This document shows, one piece after another, positions 39,050-52,599 of a DNA stretch of 64,000 bases. The notes beneath the pieces were generated by a model, which made no database searches, had not been told where the DNA came from, and saw nothing but the letters and a program-made list of their open reading frames with translations. Position 1 is the first letter of the stretch. The number at the start of each line of letters is the position of its first letter. Position numbers and translations under genes: made by a program. This stretch comes from Lama glama (Eukaryota): positions 23,748,001-23,812,000 of the forward strand of contig CM052816.1 of the NCBI GenBank assembly GCA_028534125.1. Reading direction: 5' to 3'.

Positions 39050-40130
39050 GATATTATATAATAAATGCAATGGGAAAATAAGAAAGGGGGACTGGCTCTC
39101 ATGAAGTACTGCAATGGGAAATGCAGGCAGAGAGAGAATGAGGTCCAAAGCGGTGAAAAGGAAGGGCATGTTTGCGAAGAGAAGATTGGTGCACCATAGC
39201 TGGAGTGGGGTGTAGTCTGGGGATGGGAGGTTGAGGAATTTATCAGTTATGAAGGGAAAAAGATAATAATAATGATAATAAAAACAGCTAACAATTTTTG
39301 AGCAGTCAGTAGTTTTCAGGCACTGGGTGAACACTTGACATGCATCATGTCATTAAGACTTCACAGCTCTGCTAACGAGTAGTACCGTCACTTACGATCT
39401 AAGATTCAGAAGCGTTAATGGTGTGCAGTCATACGTGAAGGGCTTTCTATGTCAAGTTAAGAAATGTGGGCTTTATACTAACAGAAAGCCAGCGAAAATA
39501 TTTTGTTAGGTTGATACATCAGAAAAATTTAACTTAGAAAGGTGTAGAAGAACGTAAACTCTGAAGGTTCCATGATACTGAAAGAAGGATGGCTGCTGAA
39601 ATGGTTTAGGGAATAGAAAGGGACTTGACCCGAGGCACTGGGGTTGTACTGTAGAGGAGGGCATGCAGTCCAGGGACATTTACAGGGCAGAAGGGGCGAG
39701 ACTTGGTGACACATCTAGGGGTGGGGTGAGAAGTGTCAAGAGTTACTAAAGTAAGGGCTTTAGCTTGGATGACTGTGAATGCTGACGACCTTACCTGACC
39801 TGATGAACACAGAGAGCATTCAGCAGATTCAGGGTAAGGCATGTCATACCCACGATGCCCATTAGACAGACAACTTGCCCAGTAAACAATAGCAAATACG
39901 GTCTGATTTCAGAAGAATCGGTGAAAACTAAAGCCTCGAGATAGAGTAAGATTGCTGGGAGGAAGAAACTAGCCCAAGAAAAGAATCAGAGAGGCAGTAA
40001 CAATATTTAATGGATAAAGTTGCTTTCTTTAAAAAGTGGCCAGAGAGGAAGACAGTTTGATAAATTAGAAGATAAAATACTATATAAATTTCTGTACGTG
40101 GAAAGAATGCCCAGGGAGAAAACAGCAACA
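39050..40130 (-). mobile_element. L2 fragments interrupted by a MIR (~39270-39430)
   Basis: L2-like gtcaagttaagaaatgtgggcttta and agacttggtgacac; MIR-like caggcactgggtgaacacttgacatgcatca. Confidence 0.6.
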
Positions 40131-43100
40131 TGAAGAGCTCTGTTCCTCTGGCCCCTGGCATTACTTTTTAACAACCATAACTGTTAAAAGTATTTTCCTA
40201 AATAACCATTTTAAGTCTCTGAGTAGTTCTGAGTTTGACAAAATGAGACGGAGGGAAAATGTTAACTGTCGTTTAGGCATGAATCTTAATACCTCTAACT
40301 GACGTTAAGAGAGGAGAAACTTCATTCAAATTATGAAGTAATAATTGTAAGGAATTGAATTGGTCAGTCATAGGTCAGAATAAAGAAGTAATTATGGTGT
40401 TTATTAGAAGGGATTGTGACAAAGAGACAATGGCTCAAAAAGGTATTTGTAGAAAACAGCACGAATTCTCACAATAGAATTTAATTAGACTCATCTTGGG
40501 TCAGGTTGAGGAAAAAAATGCCCATCATTCAGAAATTTCTTTTACCTTTAAAATTGGTGGAAAATTTCCTTTGTTCATCAAGGTGGCTTTTTCTTGGTTT
40601 GTTAATTGTTGTTGCATTCCCCCCCCTGTGTGTTTAACATTAGAAAATTACCCTCTTCAGATGTCAAAACGATTTTGGAAGAAATGACTTAAGTGCTGTT
40701 AAAGAGTAAGGAGATTGTCTATGAAATAAATACCAGCGTTGTGCCAAAGCCATCAGGCTTGTGGCTTGTGCTGGGCCCTGGTAGCCTTGTGACGTGTATC
40801 TCCAGCAGTCTTCACTTGCTCCAGTTCCTGTGTGGACAGAATGCGATTATTCCCTAAGCTCTATTACCACCCGATCTTGCAAGGAAACATGCCAACAGTG
40901 CATTTGCCAATAATTTGCTTTTGTTCTCAGTGAGTTGCAGAATCTCAAGGTCTGTCCCTGTCTGGAGTACAGTTTTCAGTATCCTAAGAACACTTGATTG
41001 AATTGCAGAAAAATCAAGTGTCTTATCAGGAAAATTCCAAGTATATTTTAGAAAGTGAATGGCTTGCTCTCCTTTTTAAAGGTTGTTCAAACTTGTAAAA
41101 GTCAGTTTTAAAATTAATACAGACTGTATGTCCCTTTTCTTAATTGTAACTGAAAAATAGGCCTTTTTTAAAAATTTATTTCCTCCTTTTCGTAACTCAA
41201 AATTTATAACATGAGTTCCTCTCTATTTACCTCATGTTAACCATTTTTTTTTTTGAATGTAGGGTGCTATCCTCATCAGTTAAACCCTTGAAGAAATTAC
41301 ATACAGTGAAGGTTTTTCTGAGTATTCGGTCAAATCACAATTATGGAAATAGATCAGCACACACTTGGGAGCACTCTGTACTTGGAAGGGAAAATGGCAT
41401 TCCAAGGTTCCTGCATCACTAGTGGTTAGGGAACTGATGCGTAACCTGTTTGCTTTGCATAGAAGCCACTGATCAGTAAAGTAGAAAAATTGCTATTTAT
41501 TGCTCATATACTTGTCACTGCTAATAGAAACTAGTATATCTGGATATAAATGGGCGAACTTAGAAATGACTTGTGTCCTCTGGGTACATAAATCCACGTG
41601 ATTGCACGTGCGTCACTGTGTGTTCTTGGTGTATCCATGTGGGCAACAGCATTGACAACTCCACTTCCCAGGACATAAACTACCCTCAAGTATGAGGCAG
41701 TGAACTCTGGCTTTTCAGTTTCTATTTAAGAGAATAAGTTGTGGAATTTTCAGAAATGGGCTGAAGATTTTTATTATTCTCTTACTTGGTTTCCTTTTAC
41801 ATTTGCTGCGGTTTCCATGATTCATCCCGTCCGTGTTGGTTTTGTCTTCAGTGGAAATGCCAGTGAAAAGTTCTCATGACCAATGCTGCTTTCTTTTTCA
41901 CAAGCCTCTTCCTAACCATCAGTACAGTTAACATACATTGAAATATGACATTGGTTAGTTTTCTTTTTAAAACTTGATTTGGGTATGGCTCTAATCTCAA
42001 ATTTTCAACATAATAAATACTACATTTTTATATGATTTATTTTTCTATATATAATAATATAATAATGCACGCTTATCATACAATGCTTGGGCAATGCTGC
42101 CCATTAACAGAAAATTATGGAAGTCTTGCATAAATAAGGATAAGATAAACAGCCATTTTTTAATGAGCACCTACTATATGGTAAGGCTCTTTCTATGAAT
42201 TATTTTTTACGAAATTAGCATCAGGAAGTTAGTAAATGGCGGCACTGAGATTTGAACCCAGGTCTTGTCCGAGTCTAATGTGTACTCTTTCTGCTATACT
42301 GCTATTCTATACTGTATTGTTCTTCTGATCATGGATTATAACGAATCGCATACACACATGTACTGTTTTTTATGCTGTGCATTGCTTTGGACGTAGTAAC
42401 TACCCTCCCTCAAGTGTCTACTGAATATAGAAATTACACCTACCTCACTGTAAGGAGTAAATTTCCTATTATTTTTATTATTATAAAGAATCATAATTCT
42501 TTTCCTTTAAAAAATGGATTCATCTATTATTTAACAATCATGATTACAAGGCAGAGATGCAAACACATTTACTAGAAAGCCAGGGCTTTTAACTACATTA
42601 TGGTATTAGAGGCATGCATCACCTGAGAGCATTCAACATTTCTTATGTATTGCAGCAAGAAAAAAAAATGTTTTAAATGAAAGATAGGAAAACAAGAGTC
42701 TAAAAGCATGTAAAGGAGAAAAACAAATCCAAATCAGAGGAAAATATAGCTAAGTAATTTCTATGAGAACAAATATTCCAATGAAACTTGATCAGGTGTT
42801 TTGTGGGCTATCTTGGTCAAAGACTCCTTAATGACTAGAAATCGCAGCTAAATTGCAACAGGTGCAGTTGCCATTATTGACTCTGATCTAGCATGATTGT
42901 ATAGAAATAATTCATTTTGACCATATTTAGTCTAAATTTCCTTGCTAGTAGTGGCATTCTGCCTTGTCTGAAGGTCGATCTTGAAATGTTATTGAGCTGA
43001 GACCTCCAGGCATGCTAGACTCTACCACAAAATATATGATAGATTGCAGCTGACCGACAATCCGTGGCTGATATATAGTCGTTGGCAAAGTAGGGCAGCT

Positions 43101-44004
43101 GACAAAGAGTGTTAGTGCAGCAACCGTTTTTACCTTACATCCTGGCAGTTCGAACGAGAAGATTTAGGGCTTCAGTGGATGCCAGCCTAAAATTCATTTT
43201 TGTAATAGATTCTTGAGTCTGAGTTTATTGAAGCATGAACTCCTAAGGTTTTATCCTGGCAACAAAAGATATGTGGAAAATGAAATAGTCATAAATATGA
43301 CTGAAACGTTTATTAAATTGCTAGCAGGAGAGTAAGGACTCCAGCTTAGTATCTGTGTTCTTTACAACTTCAATAAAATGTCATTTTTATAACTTTTATG
43401 ACTTTTTATATGGTGGGTAAGTTTAAATCTACGCTGTTTACATTAACCAGATCTGAGTTTATCTGAAATTATTTTTTTAATGATAAATCAAGAAATCTTC
43501 TGTAAGTGATGTCATCTACATTGAAGCAGTTGTGTCTCAAATGTAAAAAAGGTTTGTAAGTCATAGGATATTCAAGTTTAGAACTTTTGTACATGGTATG
43601 AGAAGTTTTGTGCATTTTAACTCTTTGCTGTCATTGGAATTTCTTGCCTAAGCATGTTAACGGTGTATCAAAATTTGTAAAGTACCTAACATATTATTTT
43701 AAATGAAATAAAGTGAAACAGTCATTCATTTAGCAAATATATACTAAGAAGATATCATTATCATCTACTGGTCTCTGTGCTAGGTACGAGGAAAGCCACT
43801 ATACCCAAGACATTTGAAATCTCTTTTGTATGGTGCTTACAGTCTGTTTGGGAAAATTTAAAACAAAGAAACCATACACTTAAATAATATTGTGATAAAT
43901 GCTCTGAAGGAAACAAAACGTTTTCCAAGATAATGCATTAAAGCATTTTCAAATGATTGTGTAAGAAATTCCACTCTGAAGAAGTACCATTTAATCCGAG
44001 ACCT

Positions 44005-44400
44005 TGTATAAATGAGGATGGTCTAGAGTATGCTGCTGTAACAAGCAGTCATCAAGTCTCTGTGGCTTGTTTACTTAATAAACAAAGGGTGATTTCTGTT
44101 CACCCTACATAACCAAGTGTGCAGTGTGAGGTGTCAGGGGAGCTTTGTTTATCATGGCTTCTCAGCGATGCAGAGTGAAGGAGACTGTCTCCACGCATGC
44201 CTGCAGGGTTACCACAGCGAGGAAGGGGAGCATGAAGACTTACCTACTGGCCCTTAAAGGCTTTTGCCTGGAAGTGACATCTGTTCTCATATGATTGGTC
44301 AGAGTCCCATGACATGGCTACATCTAATTTTTAGAAATACAGGTATACACAGTTCTCTATGTGCCTGAAAAGAGAGAAAAATTGGATATTGAAGCACAGG
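44005..44400. mobile_element. MLT1-family solo LTR nested in an L2 remnant (~43720-44560)
   Basis: tatgctgctgtaacaagc...ctggaagtgaca...attggtcagag...acatggctacatctaa. Confidence 0.7.
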
Positions 44401-45269
44401 CCTATAGGATGAACAGAAAGTAGCCATTTTAAGAACTGAAGGAATGAAGTTCTTAGAAAGGACATTGCGAAGGCAAAAGCCCTAAGGTAGGAAAGAGGTG
44501 AGTGCGTTTTGAAGACAAAAGAGCCAAGGAACTGTAGTGTTGCGAACAATAATTTTTTACATGTTTATGTATTGGTTAGGCAAATCATTGTTTTGAATAA
44601 TTATCTGTCTGTCTTTCATTATAAATATTAATGTGGTAATGTTAATGTGACTAATGTGCTAGAAGTATTGTTCATAAATATTTATCATTTAGTTTTTTCA
44701 AAACCCATTGTCAGTGTGGTTATCTTGAGATTGTAAAAGGTTTTCACATTGTACTCCATTTATGGTAGATGTACAGTTGTGTGGAATAAGAAGTCATGAT
44801 ATAGTAATTTTTCTTTAGAGGACTTTTATTTAATGTTGCCTTCTGGGTTTATAAGAACAACTGTGTTTTGTTTCTTCTGTTCTTTGACTTATCTCTGATA
44901 GCCCTCAGAAGGCAAGTCTAAGGATAAAGAATATAGGTCAGATAACATAACGTTCTAACCCTGAAGTTATTTTTATATATGGGCATTAGTGAGATATGTC
45001 TGATCTCCTGGAGTTAAAGAAACTCAGAACTGCCTCTAAATAGATTCTGTACTTACACGAGAAGTTTGATTTAGTCCTAGAGAACAGGACAGAATTCCCC
45101 CCGATCACTCAGTTGGTTAGGAATGCTCTGTTCTTAATTAAGTGATCTTTTAAAGTGTAATACTATGGATAATTTTAAAAGTCTGGAATATGACGAAAGA
45201 CATTGCAGGAAATCTTTCATGTGCATAGCATACCACCAAATGAAAGGAAAACTAACTTGTAAAAAATTG

Positions 45270-45441
45270 CTTCAGATCATTTCTTACTCTTTCTTTTTTA
45301 AAAAGAAATCAAACTTTACAGATAAAATTGAAACCCCATTTGTTCTTTTTACTTCCCTGCTTTTCCAGAGGTAATCACTGTTAGGAACTTGTAGTGTATT
45401 TACTCCATTCACTTTGTACCTTTACTACGTTCAATGTTTCC

Positions 45442-45478
<37 letters not shown>

Positions 45479-46300
45479 TTATTTTATATTTGTCATGAAT
45501 GTAAGTGCTATCATTCTCCATGTATTCTTTAACTTATTTTCATTAATGTCATTTTTGGGATTTTCCCATGTTAATACATACAGAACTAGTTTATTCATTT
45601 TAACTACTCTGCAGTATTCCATTGCTTAAATGTAAAGCAATTTACTTATTCATTCTTCAACTGATAGACACTTAGATTCTCATTTTTCTCAGTAAAAAAG
45701 TGCTTCTTTCAAAATGTTTCTGTGTGCATATATGCAAGAGTTTCTCTTGACTGAACAAGATTGGATGTATGCATCTTCAACTCCTTGGGTATTGTTAGAT
45801 TGCTCTACAAAAAACTTCTCTTGACCATGAACATGGTCCCTTCTTAGCCAATAGTGTCTTAGTATTATCCGACACTTTGTGTTGTCAGGTTAAGAAGTTG
45901 GGCTGCTTGGCCTGCCACCCACTAGCTTGTTGACTTAGAATACTACCCAGTCTCTCTGTGCTTCACTTTCCTCATCTGTAAAATGAGAGGAATAACCATG
46001 CCTAATAAAGGTTTCATGAGGAGTAAATAACACAAAATATGCAAGGTGCCTGGAACAGTGCTTGCCACATTTTCTGGCCGGTCTGATGTGCATCTGGTGA
46101 TACCTCATTACTATAATTTTGTTTCTCTGAAGACGAGTTGCATATCTTTTCATGTATTTATCAACCATTTGTGAATTGTTTAATATTTTTCTATTGTTCT
46201 AGAGGTGTTTGTTTACTTTTTGATTTTCATGCATTCCTTATATACTCTGGCCATTAATTCTTTGTTTATAGCATGTGGGTATATGTATACACATATGTAC
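45270..46300 (-). mobile_element. L1ME-type 3' fragment with nested MIR (~45930-46068, + strand)
   Basis: ccagaggtaatcactgtt, ttcattttaactactctgcagtattccatt; MIR core tttcctcatctgtaaaatgag...gtgcctggaaca. Confidence 0.75.
45448..45476. repeat. (TA)n microsatellite
   Basis: Uninterrupted tatata run seen directly. Confidence 0.95.
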
Positions 46301-49300
46301 ATATGTCAATATACATATGCCATAAACAGAATTAATGTCTATATGTATTTATTAACTTGTTTATTTTTATTTATATTTATACGGTTTCAGTTATCTACTC
46401 TTAGACTGTTGTTTGCTTTTGAAGTTTTGGGGATGGTGATTTTTTTCTTATACAGAAGATTTTAGTTTTAACTAATTACCTTTTACTAATTTGTTCACTT
46501 ATTTCTGCTTAAAAGTATCTAATATCTAGATATATTAAAATATTTAATATTCTATATATGCTTCATGCTTAAGTAATAATAACCTAAAAGAACCTAGAGT
46601 ATATAGAGCATATGAAAAAGAATGAATGTGCTCAAGTAGAGATAATTAACTGTATTGTAAAAAGCTATAATTCTGTGAAAATCTAAAAAAAGAAATTGAA
46701 TGAACTTTTATCTTAAACAATCAGTTTTTCTCCCACAGCTACGCCTTGCCCGTTCCTCGTGCAGTTCAGCTTCTGGGAGTATATTGGACAGCCCAGTCAT
46801 TCACAGGCTTCCATCACATGTGTGGTGGAAAATGTTACCTCATAGCAGTGAAGTCATACCTGATAGAAGGATTGCAATGCTGTTAAGTAGCCTCTACTGG
46901 CAACCAGATTCATCTGCTCTATAAAGAGAATTATATTATTGACTATAACTAGTATATACTTTAACATTTTTTCCAGCTATTATCAGTTCAGATATAATGC
47001 TTTAAGAACCATCATGATTCTTACTTATTCAAACTATTAAAATCTCCTGGTGTTTCTTCCCCCAGGCAACTTATTTTTCAGTGCTTGGGGTACTTTTATG
47101 GATTCAGAGTCATTGTGTTTTATACATCCCACAGGCTTACCTGTCTTGGGTTGTTCATTAAAATTTTAACATAGAATTAGTGAAGATCCAGGCCTGGGAT
47201 TCGGGCAGGCTTTAAGCTTTCCTGAGCCTGCTGCACCAAATGTAACAGATTGCTTTGGGACTGTCAGCGTCTTTCAAGATAAGTTAAAGAGTTAGCCTGT
47301 TCCAGGTGGTTTTCCAAAAGGCTGGATGTCATTTTCAGCTAGTATTCCCTCTCTCCATAACTTGTTGGATGTTACCTTTAATAAAGTGCTTTTTATTCAT
47401 GTCAATCCCAAATCAGTGCAGCCTGTCTAATTTCTTGCTGGTATCTTTTAGCCACCTCTTGGCTGGTCTCACATCTTGACAAGTTAGTATAAATTAGACA
47501 AGAGCAGCTTTTCATATTGTAACAATTACAAAGAATCTTTACTAAAACAAGCATGTGCATTTCTGTAAGGGTTAAGCCTCATTTAAATATCTTAATTATT
47601 AATATTTGCAGGTGACATGGGAAAGATTAAAAAATTGGGACTCCGGGTCAAAGTACTATAATATATCAGTGTTCTAAAATTCTAATCAGAGCTTGGACAT
47701 CCATTCAAAGAATGATGGTCCCCATGAGCTTCATAACCTACATGCAGGAGTACACACAGGAAAAATTATGGAGAGTCCTTAATTTTAGTTAGCATTTTAA
47801 ACTTAATGTTTCCACTTTGAATAGGGTGCTACCTGAAACAGAGGTCTTAACTGCAAAAAGACACAAAAAACAGAAAACCCCAGAAACCAACTTCGGCTCA
47901 TTAAAAATAATAACAAACTGAATGTATTGGAAAGGGTAGATATAGAGTCTACAGGCAGTCTAGAGAAGGAAGCTTGGAGACTGGGTAAAAGCCGGGGAAG
48001 CTGACAGCTGGAAGTTCTGGCTGGTTAGTACCTGATCAGTCCTTTGCTGACTCCAGTGTCCTCTTGCTACGGAGACAAGTTTCTGAGTATGTGCCTTTGC
48101 ATCAGTTTCTCCCACCAGAACTCACACAGTGGTGCTTTCCCTGAAATGGGAAATAGGTTTGGATGCAGAACAAGCCAAATATGTTCACATTTTCTCTACA
48201 TAGCTCATTACATATTTTGATCATGGTTTTCACAAACTCTCTAAATCCGTTTTGGTTTGGGAATCCAGCTTTAGAATAATACAGTATTGAACACAGTGTT
48301 GTGGCAGTCCTGTGCATCTCACCTATTCAAACTTATGAGGAAGAGCCTTTTTTGGGAGACAGTTTAGTTGCCCTCAAAATACCTGATTAATTAAGAGAAC
48401 CCTGTGAGATTTATTACTTCCTGTCTATATACTATGAGAAGTATTCTGTAATTACCTAGGAATTAGAACAACTTGCTCACTGAGTAGAAATACAATGGGC
48501 ACAACCCTTGTGTTATATACCCAAAAAGATAATATGAAATGTGTGGGTATATTTATACTCAGAAGGAGATGTTTTTTCTAGTAGAAGACTGCAAGTTTGA
48601 CTTCCTTTACTAATTAGGGACAGAAGATAGAATAGATGATATAAAATAATAAGTATCATAACCTACTTTTTGAAGGCAGCCAGAGACATAGACTTAACCT
48701 AGTGAACATCTGGTTGGAAATTTAAAATTTACTTAAGCGTCAGGATGTTTTTCTATATCTGGAATGTTAGCGAAGTTTGGAAACATGTGGACGTTTAACT
48801 GGGGTTTCCTTTGATGTTAATCGTTAGCCAGTCAGAGCGTCTCCCATGAACTCAGACACTGACAATCTCGTTGTATTCTGTGCCATAATTCCTCCCTACT
48901 GAGGGCTTGCTCTCAGTGGCACGAGGCATAGTCTCCTGGCAAGGAGATAGAGGCTGCAGGTAGAAATAGATAATCTGAAAACCAGATAATGTCGTGGCTA
49001 ATCACGAATTGATGACGGTGCTTTTGTTGCCAGACCAGAGCAGTGCTGCTGGAATAAAGGCTAAGAGTCATGAATCAAAAGACCACATAAATGCATAAAC
49101 GTTGTGCTTTTATATTTGTCCATTGTACTTTCTGGCGAGGTAAAAAGGGAGATTTTTTTTTTTCTCCGAGTAAAAATTATGTGAGTCTGGTATTTCTCTT
49201 TGCAAAATAATTTATTTCTGGCTGCACCGTATTAATTTTCAGGCTGTGAAACCTGGCTTTTATTCCAAACAGATCTTTGGGAAAGAGGGAACTTGAATAA

Positions 49301-49549
49301 TACAGAAAATAACTCCATAAGGAAGTGTATTATTTCTTGGAAGGCTCCTGCTATCCACTTAAGTGGTTTCTTCCAGCTTTCACGTCCACGAAAATTGTAT
49401 CCATATATAATTATGAGGAACAAAGACACAGTGAGGTGGATGTAGGCTTTTCTGCCTCTCTCATCCTTCACCTTGCAGTGTTACTATAATGGCTATAATG
49501 AAATAAAGCATAGAAAAGAGTGTTGTAAAAATGTTTATTAATAGCCACA

Positions 49550-49800
49550 ATAACCACCGTCGTAAGAACAGCCACCAGGTGCTGAGCGTTTATTAAAAGC
49601 CAGGCACTGTGTTAAGCACTTAAAGTGTTTATCTCATGATGTGCACGTCTGCATCATAAGCTATAAGTAAAGACTCTCATTATGCTCGTTTTACAAATAA
49701 GGAAACTGAATGAAAGTAACATACTCAGGACTACAGGTGAGTGGTTTGTGAAGCAGGTTGTGAATCCAGAACCGTCTGATTGCAATCCTGTGCTCTCACT
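49550..49800 (-). mobile_element. MIR SINE
   Basis: gccaggcactgtgttaagcactt...ttttacaaataaggaaactga...tgaatccagaaccgtctga. Confidence 0.75.
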
Positions 49801-50009
49801 GATTATGCTAAGTGCTTCTACATGCCAGTAATGCTAGAGCCCCAAAATATGACAGTTTACCTGTGAAGATTTCCAGTAAAAGATACATTACTTGAAAATC
49901 TCAGTACTTCATGCAGTAAATGTAGATACCTCATCTCATTATTGTCAGTATCTTTAAAAAGAAATTTGAGAAAGCTAATTGTGTGACTCTTTATCACATC
50001 TTTTTTCCC

Positions 50010-50170
50010 CTGGTTCACCCAATTAGTATCTTTGTGGCCTTGGGCAACTTACCCAACTCCACTGTGTCTCAGTTTCCTCATCCTTAAAATGGGCATAATA
50101 ATAGTACCTATGTCATGGGGTTGCTTTGATGGTCTGAAAAGTGAAAAAATACATGATATATTTACAGTAG
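50010..50170 (+). mobile_element. MIR SINE
   Basis: tgtggccttgggcaacttac...ctcagtttcctcatccttaaaatgggcataataatagtaccta. Confidence 0.85.
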
Positions 50171-51809
50171 TGATATCTTACTCTATCTCTACCTCTGTCT
50201 CTGTCTCTATACATGTCACTATTTACATAACTATATCCTTGCGTTGCTGACAAAATCCGACCCAGGAGTATGGGACCATGTGCTTTCCATTACTAATTAT
50301 GGGGCATCAGATTTTAGACTCTAGAAGAATATGTGATCTTATATATATCGAGTATAATGCAAGGAAACAAAAAATCTCTGAACTGTGATCACTTAGAAAT
50401 ATTTCCAATATTATCAGCAGTTTAGGCAATAGTTTGGCAACTGCTAAGAAAGTTTGAGTGGTACAATCATATCACAAGTTTCTAAAGTTTTCTGTGATAT
50501 TTATGGTAGTAGTGATGTCATCTGGAGGAGAGCCAATTACACAAAAGATATCATCTTATTAAATCTATTCCAGCAGCCATGTTTGAGGATGTGACAAGGG
50601 ACTCATCTGCTGATAAAGTTAGATAAGCATTTGCCAAAGTGTGCTTCATCCCACACTAATCTTGAGGAATGCTATTGAATGAAAATATTTTATGAGCAAA
50701 TAAATTTTGAACACTGCCTATCATAGCCTCTTCTTGGCGGTTAACAATGCACATAATTACATGGAGGGCTCCTGAAAGTCATATAGTTTCACGCTTGCGT
50801 GCATGCACACATGCACACAATTTTTCCTTTAACTCAAATACTTTTGATCACAGAATCCTTTTTTGACATAATACTTCTAATATTCTGTGGAACTGGTGTT
50901 CCATTGACCATATCTTGGGGATTACTGAGTTAGACCATATTTCTGGATCTCAACTCAGCAGGCCTATTTTGTCATGAAAATCCCTTGACACCCCCAATTC
51001 CATCAGTTGTAAGACTCTAATGACCGTTTTCTGTTGAATACTGCAGGAGAATGAGTCGGGAGGCTTAAGCTGTTACATCAGTTCTTTTGACTTAAGGCCA
51101 GTTGCTGAAGCTTTCTGAACTTTATTTCCCCATCTCTTCATCACACCATCACTACAGATAATCCCTAAGGATGTTCTATCTTTAAAAGTTGTTATTGCAA
51201 ATAATTAAAATTTAAATAATGTCTTACAGCTCTCAGAGTGCTTTTGTGTGCCTCATCTAGAGTGGCCTGGATACTTTGGGAAAGCTCACAGCCAAGCACA
51301 GCACCGACCTAATAGTGCAGGTGATTTTGGAAGTGTACAGGGCAGTATGGTTCGCCTTCTGTAGATGTCATGTCTGGCTTCTCGGACTCTTGGCCAGCAC
51401 TGTCTGCAGCTCTAGCCCTGCAGTGTCTCCCAGCACTGAAGGGGTCCTTCGTACTCCACCTACTCAGAGAACAGAAGCCAAACTGCTGTTAGAATTTGAA
51501 GTCAGTTGGGCCATAATGCCTTAGAGCACCTGCTGAAAGAGAATGTTCATGGCTGAGAAATACTTGCTTCCCAAGTGTAGTGGAAAGTCTAAATCCACTT
51601 GGACATGCAGCCATCTGAGAAGTGGCAGCCCTCTTTGGAGGCATAGCAAACTGGCCAGCCAAGTATTTAATAAGCCAGGCTTCATTTATTAGCTGAATAA
51701 AGAGGTTACAGTCTTAAAACCAGGGAAAGAATAAATACATACAGTAAGGAGCATTTAGTGCAGAGCGAGGACCATTGATCAAGATGCTGATCAATAAAAT
51801 GGGAGATAG

Positions 51810-52040
51810 CAGATTGTGGTGGCCAAGAACGTGGGTTTTGGGGTCAGATGCATTTGTCATTTAAATTCTGGCTCTGTTATGCACTGTCTTGTGACTCTGG
51901 AAATTTTTATTTAACCCATCTAAGCCTACTGTCATCATCTGTAAAGAAGAGGTATTCATGCCAACCAAATAAAGTTATTGTACAGATAACCTAAAATGAT
52001 GGACATTCACACTGCACAAACTTCATGGTAGGCACTGAAA
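51810..52040 (+). mobile_element. MIR SINE
   Basis: gtggtggccaagaacgtgggttttggggtcaga...ctggctctg...catctgtaaa. Confidence 0.75.
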
Positions 52041-52156
52041 AAGAATAGGAATGATTTTTAAGTTCAAACGTATCTTCTTAAAGAACTCTTGCCGCAGCAC
52101 CAAATGCTGTCTTGTTCTGCATTTCCCAGTCGTGTTGGAAGGCAACTACTCCAATG

Positions 52157-52345
52157 TGCATCAGTCGAATTTTCTGGGATGATGGAAATGTTCTTTGTGT
52201 TGCCAGTATGGTAGCCACTAACCACATGTGGCTCTTAAGCACTTGACATGTGGCTAGTGTGACTGAGGAACTGAATGTTTGCTTTATTTGAAGTTTAAAT
52301 TTAGAAAGCCACATGTGGCTAGTGGCTACTGTCTTGGACAGCACA
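52157..52345. mobile_element. MER3 hAT-Charlie element
   Basis: gatgatggaaatgttct...gtagccactaaccacatgtggct...agccacatgtggctagtggctactgtcttggacagcac, with the internal inverted repeats characteristic of MER3. Confidence 0.9.
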
Positions 52346-52599
52346 ATTATAAATTATAACAAACCACATTGGTGTGAAACTTACAACTGCTAAAGTTTCT
52401 AAAATACTGTTTCATCTCACAAATAGATTCTACAGTTTAAAAAGTCTGTTGTGAGTCCTTTAAGAAAAAAAAAAGAATACAAGGTATTCTTTTCTGGTGA
52501 ATGTCTTCAGCCATGTTACTTAAAATCTTTCTATGCAAGGGAGCTGAGTCAGACTATCACACTGTAGAACAGAAAATATTCAGTAGAACCTCTCCACTC

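Noticed and set aside
47131..47890. Antisense exon defined by minus-strand acceptor (~47851) and donor CAG|GTAAGC (~47141)
   Set aside because: About 710 nt is long for an internal exon, the acceptor sits in A-rich LTR-like sequence, and there is no ORF support.
52213..52327. Long inverted repeat / pre-miRNA-like hairpin
   Set aside because: Explained by the intrinsic internal palindromes of MER3.
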